A DNA stretch of 63,252 nucleotides, counting the filler, from Chiloscyllium plagiosum (lineage: Eukaryota), in assembly GCF_004010195.1 (NCBI RefSeq). It is 4 parts of one record of this genome, joined end to end, with 100 filler letters (N's around TTAATTAATTAA, not from the genome) between each part and the next. Parts side by side here need not be neighbours in the genome. Positions count along the whole stretch, not along the records: positions 1 to 18,023 come from NC_057710.1; 3 more parts are not named here. One strand, written 5' to 3'. The position numbers were made by a program, and so were the translations under genes. The notes beneath the pieces are model-generated. The model did not search any database, was not told the origin of the DNA, and worked only from the letters and a program-made list of their open reading frames with translations. Numbering within the stretch: the first letter of the stretch is position 1; each line of letters begins with the position of its first letter. Below are positions 1-11,650 of the stretch, in pieces.

Positions 1-209
1 GAAGAATAATGATGTTTTTAAGAATGTGAACCTCATGGCTTGTTGGAGCCAAGGAGAGGAGGGACTTGTGCTGTATATAATGGGAGACTTTGTAAGCCTC
101 AGCGCGCTTTTTCTCAGAAGAGTGCCCAACTCTGCAGACTTGCTAATAAAACTTTGTTTTCCTGAATTTGTCTAGAGCGATTATTGAGAAGCGATTTTCG
201 TTTCTAACA
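1..209 (+). mobile_element. 3' part of a retroviral/LTR-type long terminal repeat
   Basis: TATATAA at 74-80, AATAAA at 145-150, terminal ...TTTCTAACA at 209. No PBS follows, so a solo or 3' LTR. Confidence 0.55.
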
Positions 210-377
210 TATACTAAAACTGCCTTCACTCACAGGATCCAATCTCTCTATTCCCTTCCTATTCATGTATTCGTCCAGGTGCTTCTTGAATGCTGCTATT
301 ATGTCTGCTTCCCCCAATTCCTCTGGCAGCAAGTTCCATGTACTCAACACCCTTTTTACTAAAAACCTGTCTCACAC

Positions 378-2910
378 AGTGTCTGTCCCTGTTGTTCAGA
401 AGGGAAGGGAGCGAGGAGTAAAGCATTAGTCATTGGGGACTCCATAAGTGGGCGACAGATAGGAGATTCTGTGGGAACAAGAGAGACTCACGGTTGGTGT
501 GCTGCCTCCCAGGTACCAGGTCTGGATGTCTCGGATTATGTTTTCAGGATCCTTAGGGGAAGGGGGAGCAGCCTCAAGTCGTGGTCCACATAGGCATCAA
601 TGACATAGGTAGGAAAAGGGATGGGGTCATAAGACAGCATTTCAGGGAGCTTAGAGCTAGAACAAACAGAATTGTTATCTCTGGTTTGTTACCTATGCTA
701 GCGAGGCAAGGAATAAGGAGAGAGAGCAGTTGAACATGTGGCTACAGGGATGATGCAGGAGGGAGGATTTGGATACCGGGATAAGTGAGGCTCATTCTTG
801 GGTAGGTGGAACGTCTACAAACGGGATGGTCTATACCTGAACCAGAGGGGTACCAATATACTGGGGGGGAGATTTGCTAATGCTCTTTGGAACATTTAAG
901 CTAATTCAGCAGGGGAATGGCAACCTAAATTGTAGCTTCAGTGTACAGGAGATTGAGAGTAGCGAGGGCATGAATAAGATTTCAAGGTGGCAGGAGTGTA
1001 CCGGCAAGAAGGAAGGTGGTTTGAAGTGTGTATACGTCAACACCAGGAGCATCCGGAATAAGGTGGGTGAACTTGCAGTGTGATTGGTACCGGGGACTTC
1101 GATGTTGTGGCCATTTCAGAGACATGACTATAGCAGGGACAGAAATAGCCATTGCAGGTTCCGAATTTAGATGTTTCAGTAAGAACAGAGAAGATGGTAC
1201 AAGAGGGGGAAGTGTCGCATTGTTAATCAAGGACAGTATTACGGTAACAGAAAGGAAGTTTGAGGACACGTCTACTGAGGCAGTATGGGTTAAGGTTAGA
1301 AACAGGAAAGGAGAAGTCACCCTGTTGCGAGTTTTCTATAGGCCTCTGAAAAGTTCCAGAGATGTAGAGGAAAGGATAGCAAAGGTGATTCTGGAGAGGA
1401 GCGAAAGTAACAGGTTAGTTGTTATGGGGTCTTTAACTTTCCAAATATTGACTAGAAATGCTATAGTTTGAGTATTTTAGATGGGTCATTTTTTGTCCAA
1501 CGTATGCAGGAGGGTTTCCTGACACAGTATGTAAACATGTCAACAAGAGGCGAGGCCACATTGCATTTGGTGCTGAATAATGAACCAGGCCAGGTGTTAG
1601 ATTTGGAGGTAGATGACCACTTTGGTGATATTGACCACAATTCAGTTCTGTTTACTTTAGCGATGGAAAGGGATAGGTATATATCGCAGGGCAAGTGTTA
1701 TACCTGGGGGAAGACAATTATGATGCAATTAGGTAAGATTTAGGATACATAGGATGGGGAAGGAAACTGCAGGGGAGTTCTTTGAGAAGGTGACTAAGCA
1801 AGTGGTTGAGGGTAAAGCAATTGATGTAGTGTATCTGGATTTCAGGCTATCATTTGATAAGGTTCCCCATTGTAGGCTATTGCAGAAAATACGGAGCATA
1901 GGATTGAGGGTGATTTAGTGGTTTGGATCAGAAGTTGGGTGGCTGTAAGAAGACAGAGGGTGGTGGTTGATAGGAAATGTTTATCCTGGAATTCAGTTAC
2001 TAGTGGTGTACTGCAAATATCTGTTTTGTGGCCACTGCTGTTTGTCATTTTTATAAATGATCTGGATGAGGGCATATAAGGATGGGTTAGTAAATTTGCG
2101 GATGACACTAAAGTCGGTGGAGTTGTGGATAGTGCCAAAATATGTTGGAGGTTACAGAGGGACATAGATAAGCTGCAGAGTTGGGCTGAGAGGTGGCAAA
2201 TGGAGTTTAATGCAGAAAAGTGTGAGATAATTCACTTTGGAAGGTGTAACAGGAATACAGAGTACTGTGTTCATATGGATGAACAGAGAGATCTCTGTGT
2301 CCATGTACCTAGATCCCTTAAAGTTGCCACCCAGGTTGGAGGGTTGTTAGGAAGGTGTATGGTGTGTTAGCTGTTATTGGTAGAGAGGTTGAGTTCCAGA
2401 GTCATGAGGTCATGTTGCAGCTGTACAAAATTCTGGTGTAACAGCATTTGGAGTATTGCTTACAGTTCCAGTTGTTGCATTATAGGAAGGATGTGGAAGC
2501 TTTGGAAGGGGTTCAGAGGAGATTTACCAGGATGTTGCCTGATATGGAGGGAAGGTCTTATGAGGAAAGGCTGAGGGACTTGAGGCTGTTTTTGTTAGAG
2601 AGAAGAAGGTTAAGAGGTGGTTTAATAAAGGCACACAAGATGATCAGAGAATTAGAGAGGGTGGACAGTGAAAGCCGTTTTCCTCAGATGGTGATGGCTA
2701 GCATGAGGAGACATAGCTTTAAAATTGAGGGGTGATTTTTATAGTGCAGATGTCAGAGGTAGGTTCTTTATTCAGAGAATAGTAAGGGTGTGGAGTGCCC
2801 TGCCTGCAACTGTAGTGGACTTGCCCACATTAAGGGTATTTAAATGGTCATTGGGAAAACATATGGATGATAATAGAATAGTGTGGGTTAGAAGGGCTCT
2901 AGATTGGTTT
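378..2910 (+). mobile_element. Degraded CR1 LINE with internal deletion
   Basis: ORF1 SGNH-esterase motifs (VIGDS, VVHIGxND, DGLxLN); APE endonuclease (CVYVNTRSIRNK, TEAVWV, FYRP); jump at ~1775 into RT (EFFEKVT, KFADDTK, WQMEFN, QRRFTRMLP); many stops and frameshifts. Confidence 0.92.
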
Positions 2911-2929
2911 CAACCTCCAGTGTTACACT

Positions 2930-3420
2930 GAAAACATCCTCGTAAATCTTTTCTGAATCCTTTCCAAAGCATCCACATCCTTCTAGTAGTGTGGTAACCA
3001 GAACTATATACAATATTCCAAGGGCAACCTACCTAAAATTCTATCAGGCTACAGCATAACTTATCTATCCTTGTACTTAATGCCCCTTCCAACTAAGACA
3101 AGCATACCATATGCCTTCTTTATTACTTTATCTACTTGCACTGCCACTTTCAGTGATCTGTGGACCTGCTTGCCCAGATCCCTCTGCATATCAATGTTCC
3201 TGAGGGTTCTGCCATTCATTGTACAATTTCCACCAGTACTTGACCTTCCAGATTAAACTCCATCTGCCATTTTTCTGCCTATGCCTCAAACTAATCTATA
3301 TCCTGTTGTATCCACCAACAATCCTCCTCACTATCTGCAACTCTACCAATCTTTGCATCATCCAGAAACCTACTAATTACACTTGCTATATTTTCCTCCA
3401 AATCATTTACGTAGATCACA
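2930..3420 (-). mobile_element. CR1 LINE RT fragment
   Basis: Reverse complement of CR1 ORF2 C-terminal sequence (WQMEFN and LEYCxQFW-like blocks). Confidence 0.75.
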
Positions 3421-3429
3421 AAAAGTTCA

Positions 3430-4130
3430 GCACCCAGAGGAATCCACAGACAATTGTAACCATGATTTCTGCAGAGTGGTAGTGAAAAAAATGACCATGG
3501 AGATTTATATCAGAATTCATAACAGAAACCTTTGTTTTTGGAATTTTGGGTGAGTCTTTGTCAGATTTATTACAGTCAAAAGAAATGACTCTAAAGAAAA
3601 CCATTCAGAAGGTCAGTGAAAGAGAAATCTGAAAGAAGCACATATAAATCCCAAGAGGGGAACATTGATCTCAATACAGGAGATTAGCGCATTCCATTTC
3701 ATTCTAAAGGTGTGGAAACTTAATGACACACACGGCTACTGTGAGTAGCACACCCACCAGATATTGTCAGCTCAGTGGAGCAAGGAAGCCTCGCAGATAC
3801 TAGCAGAGCCCATCAATTAAAAAAATGCTTTCTTTTGTCAATCAATGGATCACTTACAGGAAATGTATCAAAATCACAGAGTAGCAAAAAAGCCAAAACC
3901 AATTATATCAAAGTAATAATGTGGTGTTATAGGTCATAATGGAGGAAAACCAAAGGTTTTGCAAAAGAAAATAGATGAAAAGGACCTTATATTTTATCAA
4001 TGGGCATCTCACCAATTTTAAACTTGATGCATGGGAGAGTGTCATAATATTATCAGGTTGTACAGCATAAATGAATTAATTGTTTACAGCCTATAATAGT
4101 GCAACTTCATGGTCCAGAAGGTATTGCACT
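3430..4130 (+). mobile_element. Gypsy/Ty3 gag-protease relic
   Basis: FVFGILGESLSDLLQSKEMTLKKTIQ (gag-like), a degenerate zinc knuckle (FFCQSMDHLQEM), and INGHLTNFKLDAWESV (decayed aspartic-protease FKLDTGA motif). Confidence 0.65.
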
Positions 4131-4149
4131 TAGATTATATGTATGTTAT

Positions 4150-7100
4150 AGAAGATAGAGCATAAAACATAGAACAGACAGCATAGGAACAGAGCCTTTC
4201 ACCCAACCATGATGCCATTCTAAATAATCTCATTTGCCTGCATGTGGTCCATATCCCTCTATTTTCTGACTATTCATGCATCTGTCTAAATGCCTCTTAA
4301 ATTTTGAAAGTGTATCTGCTCCTATCACCTCCCTGGTAGATTACTTCAGGCATCTAGCACCCTCCGTGTAAGATACTTTCCTCGCATATCTCTCTTAAAT
4401 GTTCCCCCTTTCACCATAAACCTATGTACTGTGTTTGCATTTCCACTCTAGGATAAAGACTCCCATTATACACTCTGCACATACCTCTCGTAATTTTATA
4501 TAATTTTATAGGTTGCCCTCAGCCTCTGATGCTTCTAGCAAAAACAATCCATGTTTGTCTAACCTCTCCTTATAACTAATACATTCCAAACCAGGCAAAA
4601 CTCTGGTAATTTTTGCACCATCCCTAATGCCTCCAAATCTTTGCGACAGTGTGGCAACAAGAAATGCCGTAATGTTCCAAATGTGGTCAAACGAAAATCC
4701 TATACAGCTACAGCATGATTTGCCAATTATTATACTCAACATCCTAACAAATAAAGGCAACTATGCCGACCTTCCTTACTGCCTGATCCACTTGTGTTGC
4801 ATCTTTCAGGGAGCCATGAACAGAGACTCCAAGATCCCTCTGGACATCAATGCTCCAAAAGGTCCTGCCATTAACTGTATAACTTTCTCTTGCATTTGAC
4901 CTCGCAAAATGCATCACCTCACACTTTACCAGATTAACCTCCATCTGCTATTTCTCCACCCAACTTTTCAATGGATCCATATTCTTCTGCATCCTTTCTT
5001 CATCTTCTTTACTGTCCACAACTCTGCCAATCTTCAGTCATCTTCAAACTTACTAATCAGACTAATCTACATTTTCATTCAACTTATGTGTAAACCTTAC
5101 CAACAACAGATGTCCCAACACTGATCCTCATGGAACACCACTAGTCACAGACCTCCTGTCAGAAAAACACTACTGCATAATTCCCCTCTGTCTCCTGTGA
5201 TGAAGCTGATTTTGTATCTAATTTGCCAAAGCACCATGGATCCTATGGTGTTAATCTTCTGGACTAGCCTAGCTTGAGGGATCTTGTCAAAATCCTTAGT
5301 AAAGTTCATGTAGGCAACATCCACTGCTGTACCCTCATCAATCATCTTTGTCACTTTCTCAAAGAACTCAATCAAGTTTGTGAGACAAGACCTCCCCCAT
5401 ATTAAATCATGCTGTCTATCTCTAATAACTTCATTTTTTTCCAAATGTGAGAAAATCATATCGCTAAGATTATTCTCCAATATTTTCCAAACTACAGGGG
5501 AACCTCGATTATCCAAATGAGATGGGTGGGCATTGTTTCGTTCGGATAATTGATTATTCGGTTAATCAATTAAATGCCTTTCCTCTGGGATTCGGAGTTT
5601 TTAAAGTCTGCTCCCTATTCAGGAGATTGCAGCAGCATGCTGTGCGCAAGCCCCCGCCCCCAAACCCCTTCAACATCATCCCTGCCCCCCAGCACAAAGC
5701 GCGTGAGCCCTCGCCCCCATCACTGCCCCCGCCCCCAACTTCCAACCCAGTCCAACACTGCCCCCCGCCTGCCCCTGNNNNNNNNNNNNNNNNNNNNNNN
5801 NNNNNNNNNNNNNNNNNNNNNNNNNNNNNNNNNNNNNNNNNNNNNNNNNNNNNNNNNNNNNNNNNNNNNNNNNNNNNNNNNNNNNNNNNNNNNNNNNNNN
5901 NNNNNNNNNNNNNNNNNNNNNNNNNNNNNNNNNNNNNNNNNNNNNNNNNNNNNNNNNNNNNNNNNNNNNNNNNNNNNNNNNNNNNNNNNNNNNNNNNNNN
6001 NNNNNNNNNNNNNNNNNNNNNNNNNNNNNNNNNNNNNNNNNNNNNNNNNNNNNNNNNNNNNNNNNNNNNNNNNNNNNNNNNNNNNNNNNNNNNNNNNNNN
6101 NNNNNNNNNNNNNNNNNNNNNNNNNNNNNNNNNNNNNNNNNNNNNNNNNNNNNNNNNNNNNNNNNNNNNNNNNNNNNNNNNNNNNNNNNNNNNNNNNNNN
6201 NNNNNNCATCCAACACCACTCCCCCTTTTCCCAAACCCCAACCCCATCCAACCTCACCCCCCACCTGCCCCTGCCCCAACTCCGGCCCCAACCCCATCCA
6301 ACACTGCCGGACTGGACACCAACAACAAGACTGCTGCTGCAGTTGCCTGTGTGGGGTAGGTCTCCAAATAGTACACATACATACACAGAGCCACACAGAC
6401 AACCTTTTACGGCAACTTTTTGATAGGCTTCACATTTGCCCTGTACAGGACAATGTTGGAGAGATTATCTGGGGAAGGTGGTGGTGGGGGAGGGGGGGGT
6501 GGAGGGGAGGGAAATGGGGGCGGTTAGGGTACACCCCTCTGTAGAACTCCAGGGAAAGTATGGGGAGAGAGAGAGAGAGAGGGTGGGAGGTCAGTCATTT
6601 GGAGACAGTGCCTGTTTATTCACTGTAAGCAAACGACGCAATCACTGTGAGAAACACGTCTTTGATGTAATGTTTCTATTGGGACCTCGAGATCTCCTTC
6701 ACATAACCCGATATTCAGATAATTGGTATTCGGATAATCATGCTTCCTCTGTACTGATGTAAGACTCACTGGCCTATAATTTCCTGAATTATCCCTGTTC
6801 CTCTTCTTAAAGAAAGGAATAAATTGACTATTCTCCAGTCGTTTGGAACCACAGCTGTGGCCAAACAGAATCAAAAGTCTCTGTCTTGCCCCCAACAATC
6901 TCTTCCTTTCTTTCTTTAATATCTTGGGATAGATCTCATCAGGCCCCAGGGACTTACTGTCCTTAATGCTTTTCAAGACACCTAACACTTCCTCCTTCTT
7001 ACTGTCAACATACCACAGAATACCGACTCATCCATTCCAAATTTTACCATCATCCACATTGTTCTTCTTACTGAATATCAATGCACTGTACTGACTGAGG

Positions 7101-7430
7101 ACTTCACCCACTTCCTCTTTTTCCACACATAAATCTCTACTTTGTCCTTGACTGGACCTATCCTTTCACCAGTTACCCTCATGCTCCAATATATGTATAA
7201 AATACTTTGAGATTCTCCTCAATCCTACTTGCCAAGGACATTTTGTAGCTACTTCTAGCTTTTCTAATTTCTCCATTCAGTTCTTTTCTATTTCCTTTAT
7301 AATTCAGCAAGAGCCCTGATTGATTTCAGTTTCCTAAACATTACGTACGCTCCCTTTTAGTTTTTAACTAAACTTTCAATATTTCCTGTCATTCAAGGTT
7401 CCCAAAACTTGCCATCCTTATATTTCGATA
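4150..7430 (-). mobile_element. CR1 LINE ORF2/3' portion, interrupted by a DNA transposon
   Basis: Minus ORFs show SCLTNLIEFFEKVT, GPDEIYPKIL and NYRPVSLTS; CR1 3' tail near 4150; split at 5493-6753. Confidence 0.9.
5495..6751. mobile_element. Non-autonomous Tc1/mariner-superfamily (Tigger/pogo-like) DNA transposon
   Basis: TA|CAGGGGAACCTCGATTATCC...GGATAATCATGCTTCCTCTG|TA: imperfect TIRs with TA TSD. Contains C-rich low-complexity sequence and an N gap (5778-6206). Confidence 0.85.
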
Positions 7431-7554
7431 AGCAGTTTTGCAACATAAGTGGTGGCAGGTAGTTGAGAAATTATACATAATTAACAAGCAAAACTTACTT
7501 TGGTCAGTTGGGATTACGACAGCATAAAACCACAACTTTTCCAATTTTCTTCAA

Positions 7555-7660
7555 TTCTGGAGAAGTGTCATTGCTCTTGAAGTGTTAATTCTGTTTCTGC
7601 CCCCACAGATGATTCAGACTTGTTGAATTCGCTCAGCATTTTCTGTTTTTATTTCAGAAT
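7555..7660 (+). mobile_element. Decayed PLE terminal-repeat fragment
   Basis: Similar to the right arm of the element at 8806-9040 (acagatg...cagcattttctgtttttatttcaga). Confidence 0.55.
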
Positions 7661-8805
7661 AAAATAGTTGTGAAATTCATTGTTGGGGTATGTTAGAGGT
7701 GTCATCATCCAGATTAGAAAAATATATAATTTGAGAGTACAATGAATATATGTTATGTGTCGACTTTGTAGCCAGTGACTGATTTTCTTCAAAGAATAGG
7801 AATATATTCAAGGCTTGTCCGTTCTTAAAATGACCCAGAAGTTTGGAGGAGCATGTAGTTCACCATTGCAATATCTTAACTGATCAGAATGAACTTCTCA
7901 ACCAATCAGCACTCTTTTTTTCCTGCAGTAATATGTCATAATCTTTTGAAATTTGGCATTCTTGCATTTTTCCTGATGAGTGAAATATGTAAAGCTTTAG
8001 CAACATGCTTCTTTTTCCAGTAAGGTTTGAGACCTGCACTATCAAGTGACAGATGAATCGAATGTTATGTGCTTATTCCCTTCACAACCCGTTCTCCAAT
8101 AATAACATAGTAATTAAAAGAACCTAAAATTTCAGGTAAACATTCTTTTGGAAATGATACTGTAACCAAGGGAATACTTTTAGTGGAGTACATGTTATGG
8201 TAATGATTATTTATGAATTAATATTTAAAAATAATTATTACAATATGTGAAAGCAGATTTGTGAATTATCTCTTCACCAAGATTGTGTACTACCTTCTTA
8301 TTTAAATATTTGAATAATCCTAGAAGATTTTAAAATATTCATAACATGTAAAATTCCAAAAGCTAAAATTACTTCCTATTCTTTCATGAATAATACCAAC
8401 TGAAATGTAGTGTGTACTCGTGACAGAATTCAGTTTGAAGTTTTTTTGCAGATGTTTCTATCTTTCTGTCTTTCGGAGTAGTGTTATAAAGAACAACTGG
8501 TGACTTGTAAATTAACTCACTTAGATTGAATGACAAATAATTATATCATGATGATTGGATGGGATATTTAAGCAAGTGGCAAAAAATGGCAATGCTGCTA
8601 TATACAATATGCACTGAATTATCATAGTGCCTTGTACTTCAGAGTCTCCATTTTAGCTGATGAAACATTCAGGACACAAACAAGATGTCGACCAACATAG
8701 ACTGGGACAGAAGAGGACATTGGAAGCAGATAGAAACAGAAAATTCAGAAAAGTCATCCAGAAATTCTTCAACAGATACAATCAAGAGGACAGTTGAAGA
8801 TTGGT

Positions 8806-9040
8806 AAAAATCAAAAGAGCTGCAGATGCTGTGAATCAGAAACAAAAACCTGAAGTTGCTGGAAAAGCTCAGCAGGTCAGGTAGTACCTGTGAAGAGAAA
8901 TTAATGTTAACGTTTTGTGTCCGGAGACCCTTCTTCAAAAGGGTTCTGAGGAAGGGTCACTGGACCCGAACATTAACTTTGACTTGTCTTCACAGATGCT
9001 GCCCGACCTGCCGAGCTTTTCCAGCAACTTCTGTTTTTGT
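8806..9040. mobile_element. Palindromic PLE terminal-repeat insertion
   Basis: Inverted arms; exact 14-bp TSD agttgaagattggt at 8792-8805 and 9041-9054. Confidence 0.85.
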
Positions 9041-9684
9041 AGTTGAAGATTGGTGTTTAGTTGTGTGCTAGGAAAAGAAGTGGAAACATGAAACTAACTG
9101 AGAATGGGGAACGGAGGGATAAGAAAAAGAGAAATAATGGTAAAATTATAGCTTTAATGTACAGGCTAAATATCAGCTATCACTTCTTCAAAGAAAATAT
9201 GCGGACAGCTGGAATTTTTGTTTAAAAGTTGCTGTTGAAGGGAATGTAAAAGGGAATTAGGTGTAAAGTTGTGTGGCACTTGTATTTATTTGATCTCTAG
9301 TTTATACAAGACTTTGGAAACAAATATAAAACATCTGTAATACATAGAAGTAAAGAGATGAATGAAAGTGTTCATCAATATTTTACAAAATATTACATTT
9401 GTTTTCATAACTGTTCAGTCCTTCTTGCCTCCAGCCCTTTCTATTTAAGTCACTGACCTTGATGACATATTGTGCATTCCAAAAGTGATTCCAACTTCAG
9501 AACAGTTTGGGACACATCCAGAGCAAGGAATACATGAAGGACAATATTGATAGTGTAATACTTATTCAGTACTTTATAAATATCTTTTCCAAATCAATTT
9601 ATTGGATATGGATGATCTTACACTTCCACCCAATGCCAGAAAATTCATCACCTTTTTTGAAAAGAAAATGGAACTTAAGAACAT

Positions 9685-9970
9685 TTAGCACTGCTGCCTC
9701 ACAGCACCAGAGACCTGGGTTCAATTCCCACCTCAGGCAACTGTCTGTGTGGAGTTTGCACATTCACCCCGTGTCTACGTGGGTTTCCTCCCACAGTCCA
9801 AAAATTTTCAGGTCAGGTGAATTGGCCATGCTAAATTGCCCGTAGTGTTCGGTGAAGGGGTAAATGTAGGGGAATGGGTCTGGGTGGGTTGCTCTTCGGA
9901 GGGTCAGTGAGGACTTGTTGGGCTGAAGGGCCTGTTTCCACACTATAAGTAATCTAATCTAATCTAATCT
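9685..9970 (+). mobile_element. tRNA-derived HE1/V-SINE-like SINE
   Basis: B-box-like gggttcaattccc, central tgtgtggagtttgcacattc block, CR1-like 3' end and (taatc)n tail. Confidence 0.85.
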
Positions 9971-10045
9971 TGAACAAATGTTGCCTTCCCTGGACATTAT
10001 TCACTGCTAAGTACATTGATCATCACTGGTTTTCTTCAAACTAGA

Positions 10046-10400
10046 ATAAGTAAGCAGGAGGCTGGAAGAACACAGCAAGCCAGGCAGCCTCAGGAGGTGG
10101 AGACGTCAACATTCTGGGTGTAACCCTTCTTCAGGACTGGGGGTGGGTGTGTGGGAAGCTGCAGATAAAGGAGCTGGTGGGGGCAGGGTGGTGAGGTGGG
10201 GATAGGTGAGGACAGGTAGAGGGTATGGTCTGGTTGGTCAGTGGGATGAATAAATCCGGTTGGTGACTGGGAGAAGTGGGAGGGTGGGTGAAGGGCTGGG
10301 AAGGGAGTCGAGGGATGGAGAGGGAGGTTACTTGAAATTGGAGAACTCAATGCTAAGTTCTCCGGGCTGTAGGGTGTCCAGGCAGAAGATGAGGATATTT
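10046..10400 (-). mobile_element. PLE 3' fragment (GIY-YIG C-terminus plus terminal repeat)
   Basis: Minus strand LIFCLDTLQPGELSIEFSNFK*; TSD ttcaaactaga at 10035-10045 and 10401-10411. Confidence 0.82.
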
Positions 10401-10659
10401 TTCAAACTAGACCAGCATGGAAAATAAGATTAGCGACATAAAACTGAAGATGCAAGCTGACATTCTCTTGCAAAAAACATACCTTCAATTAATTTAATAA
10501 CGGTAACTAACAAGGTTGGTGAGATCCAGACAAAAATATGCAGAATTATGATGTGGTTAAATGAACAAGGACAGGGGTCAAGTAAAACTAGGAGTAGTTT
10601 CTCAGTATGCTTTGTAATTAAGTATTCACAAATCATCGAGAAGGAGAAAAGAAGTGGGT

Positions 10660-11237
10660 GATTAGATTAGATTAGATTAGATTAGATTANNNNNNNNNNN
10701 NNNNNNNNNNNNNNNNNNNNNNNNNNNNNNNNNNNNNNNNNNNNNNNNNNNNNNNNNNNNNNNNNNNNNNNNNNNNNNNNNNNNNNNNNNNNNNNNNNNN
10801 NNNNNNNNNNNNNNNNNNNNNNNNNNNNNNNNNNNNNNNNNNNNNNNNNNNNNNNNNNNNNNNNNNNNNNNNNNNNNNNNNNNNNNNNNNNNNNNNNNNN
10901 NNNNNNNNNNNNNNNNNNNNNNNNNNNNNNNNNNNNNNNNNNNNNNNNNNNNNNNNNNNNNNNNNNNNNNNNNNNNNNNNNNNNNNNNNNNNNNNNNNNN
11001 NNNNNNNNNNNNNNNNNNNNNNNNNNNNNNNNNNNNNNNNNNNNNNNNNNNNNNNNNNNNNNNNNNNNTGCACATCTTTGGACTGTGGGAGGAAACCGGA
11101 GCACCCGGAGGAAACCCACGCAGACACGGGGAGAACATGCAAACTCCACACAGTCAGTCGCCTGAGTCAGGAATTGAACCCGGGTCTCTGGCGCTGCGAG
11201 GCAGCACTGCTAACCACTGTGCCACCGTGCCGCCCAC
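10660..11237 (-). mobile_element. HE1/V-SINE-like SINE spanning an assembly gap
   Basis: (gatta)n tail at 10660-10689 and reverse-complement head gtgggcggcacggtggcacagtggttagc ending near 11237. Confidence 0.85.
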
Positions 11238-11544
11238 TGTTTGACTGTGTTGATTAAAGATGATATTTCAGTTCTAATTAGACAGAATACACAGAGGGTA
11301 TTTGGACTGAATCCATTTAGCTTACGTTGAAGAACAGAAAGGGAGTCGTTACATTGTCAGGAGACACTCCACAGCAGTTTGGTAGGTATTATTGAGGCAA
11401 GTTGGTATGTCTCATAGCACCACCTCATCTCCTGACGAGGAGGGACACTTGGAGTGGTGTCAAAGTCAAAGTTCTCCTTTTCAATGTCAACATGACGTTC
11501 GTCCTGAGGACCAATGGAACAGGGAATTTAGTGCAGGTATGGGT

Positions 11545-11650
11545 GAAAATGGAATAGTGTAGGTCAGATAGGCTTCAGATTGGTTTCACAGGTCAGCGCA
11601 ACATCGAGGGCTGAAGGTCCTGTACTGGGCTGTAATGTTCTATGTTCTAT
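11545..11650 (+). mobile_element. CR1 3' terminal fragment
   Basis: gcaacatcgagggctgaagg...(gttctat)n tail shared with other CR1 copies in the window. Confidence 0.7.

Noticed and set aside
5522..6544. Long Pro/Gly-rich ORFs across the N gap (also 10677-11151)
   Set aside because: Length comes from Ns and low-complexity sequence within repeats.
9685..9760. tRNA-like A/B boxes as tRNA genes
   Set aside because: They are SINE heads continuous with SINE bodies and tails.
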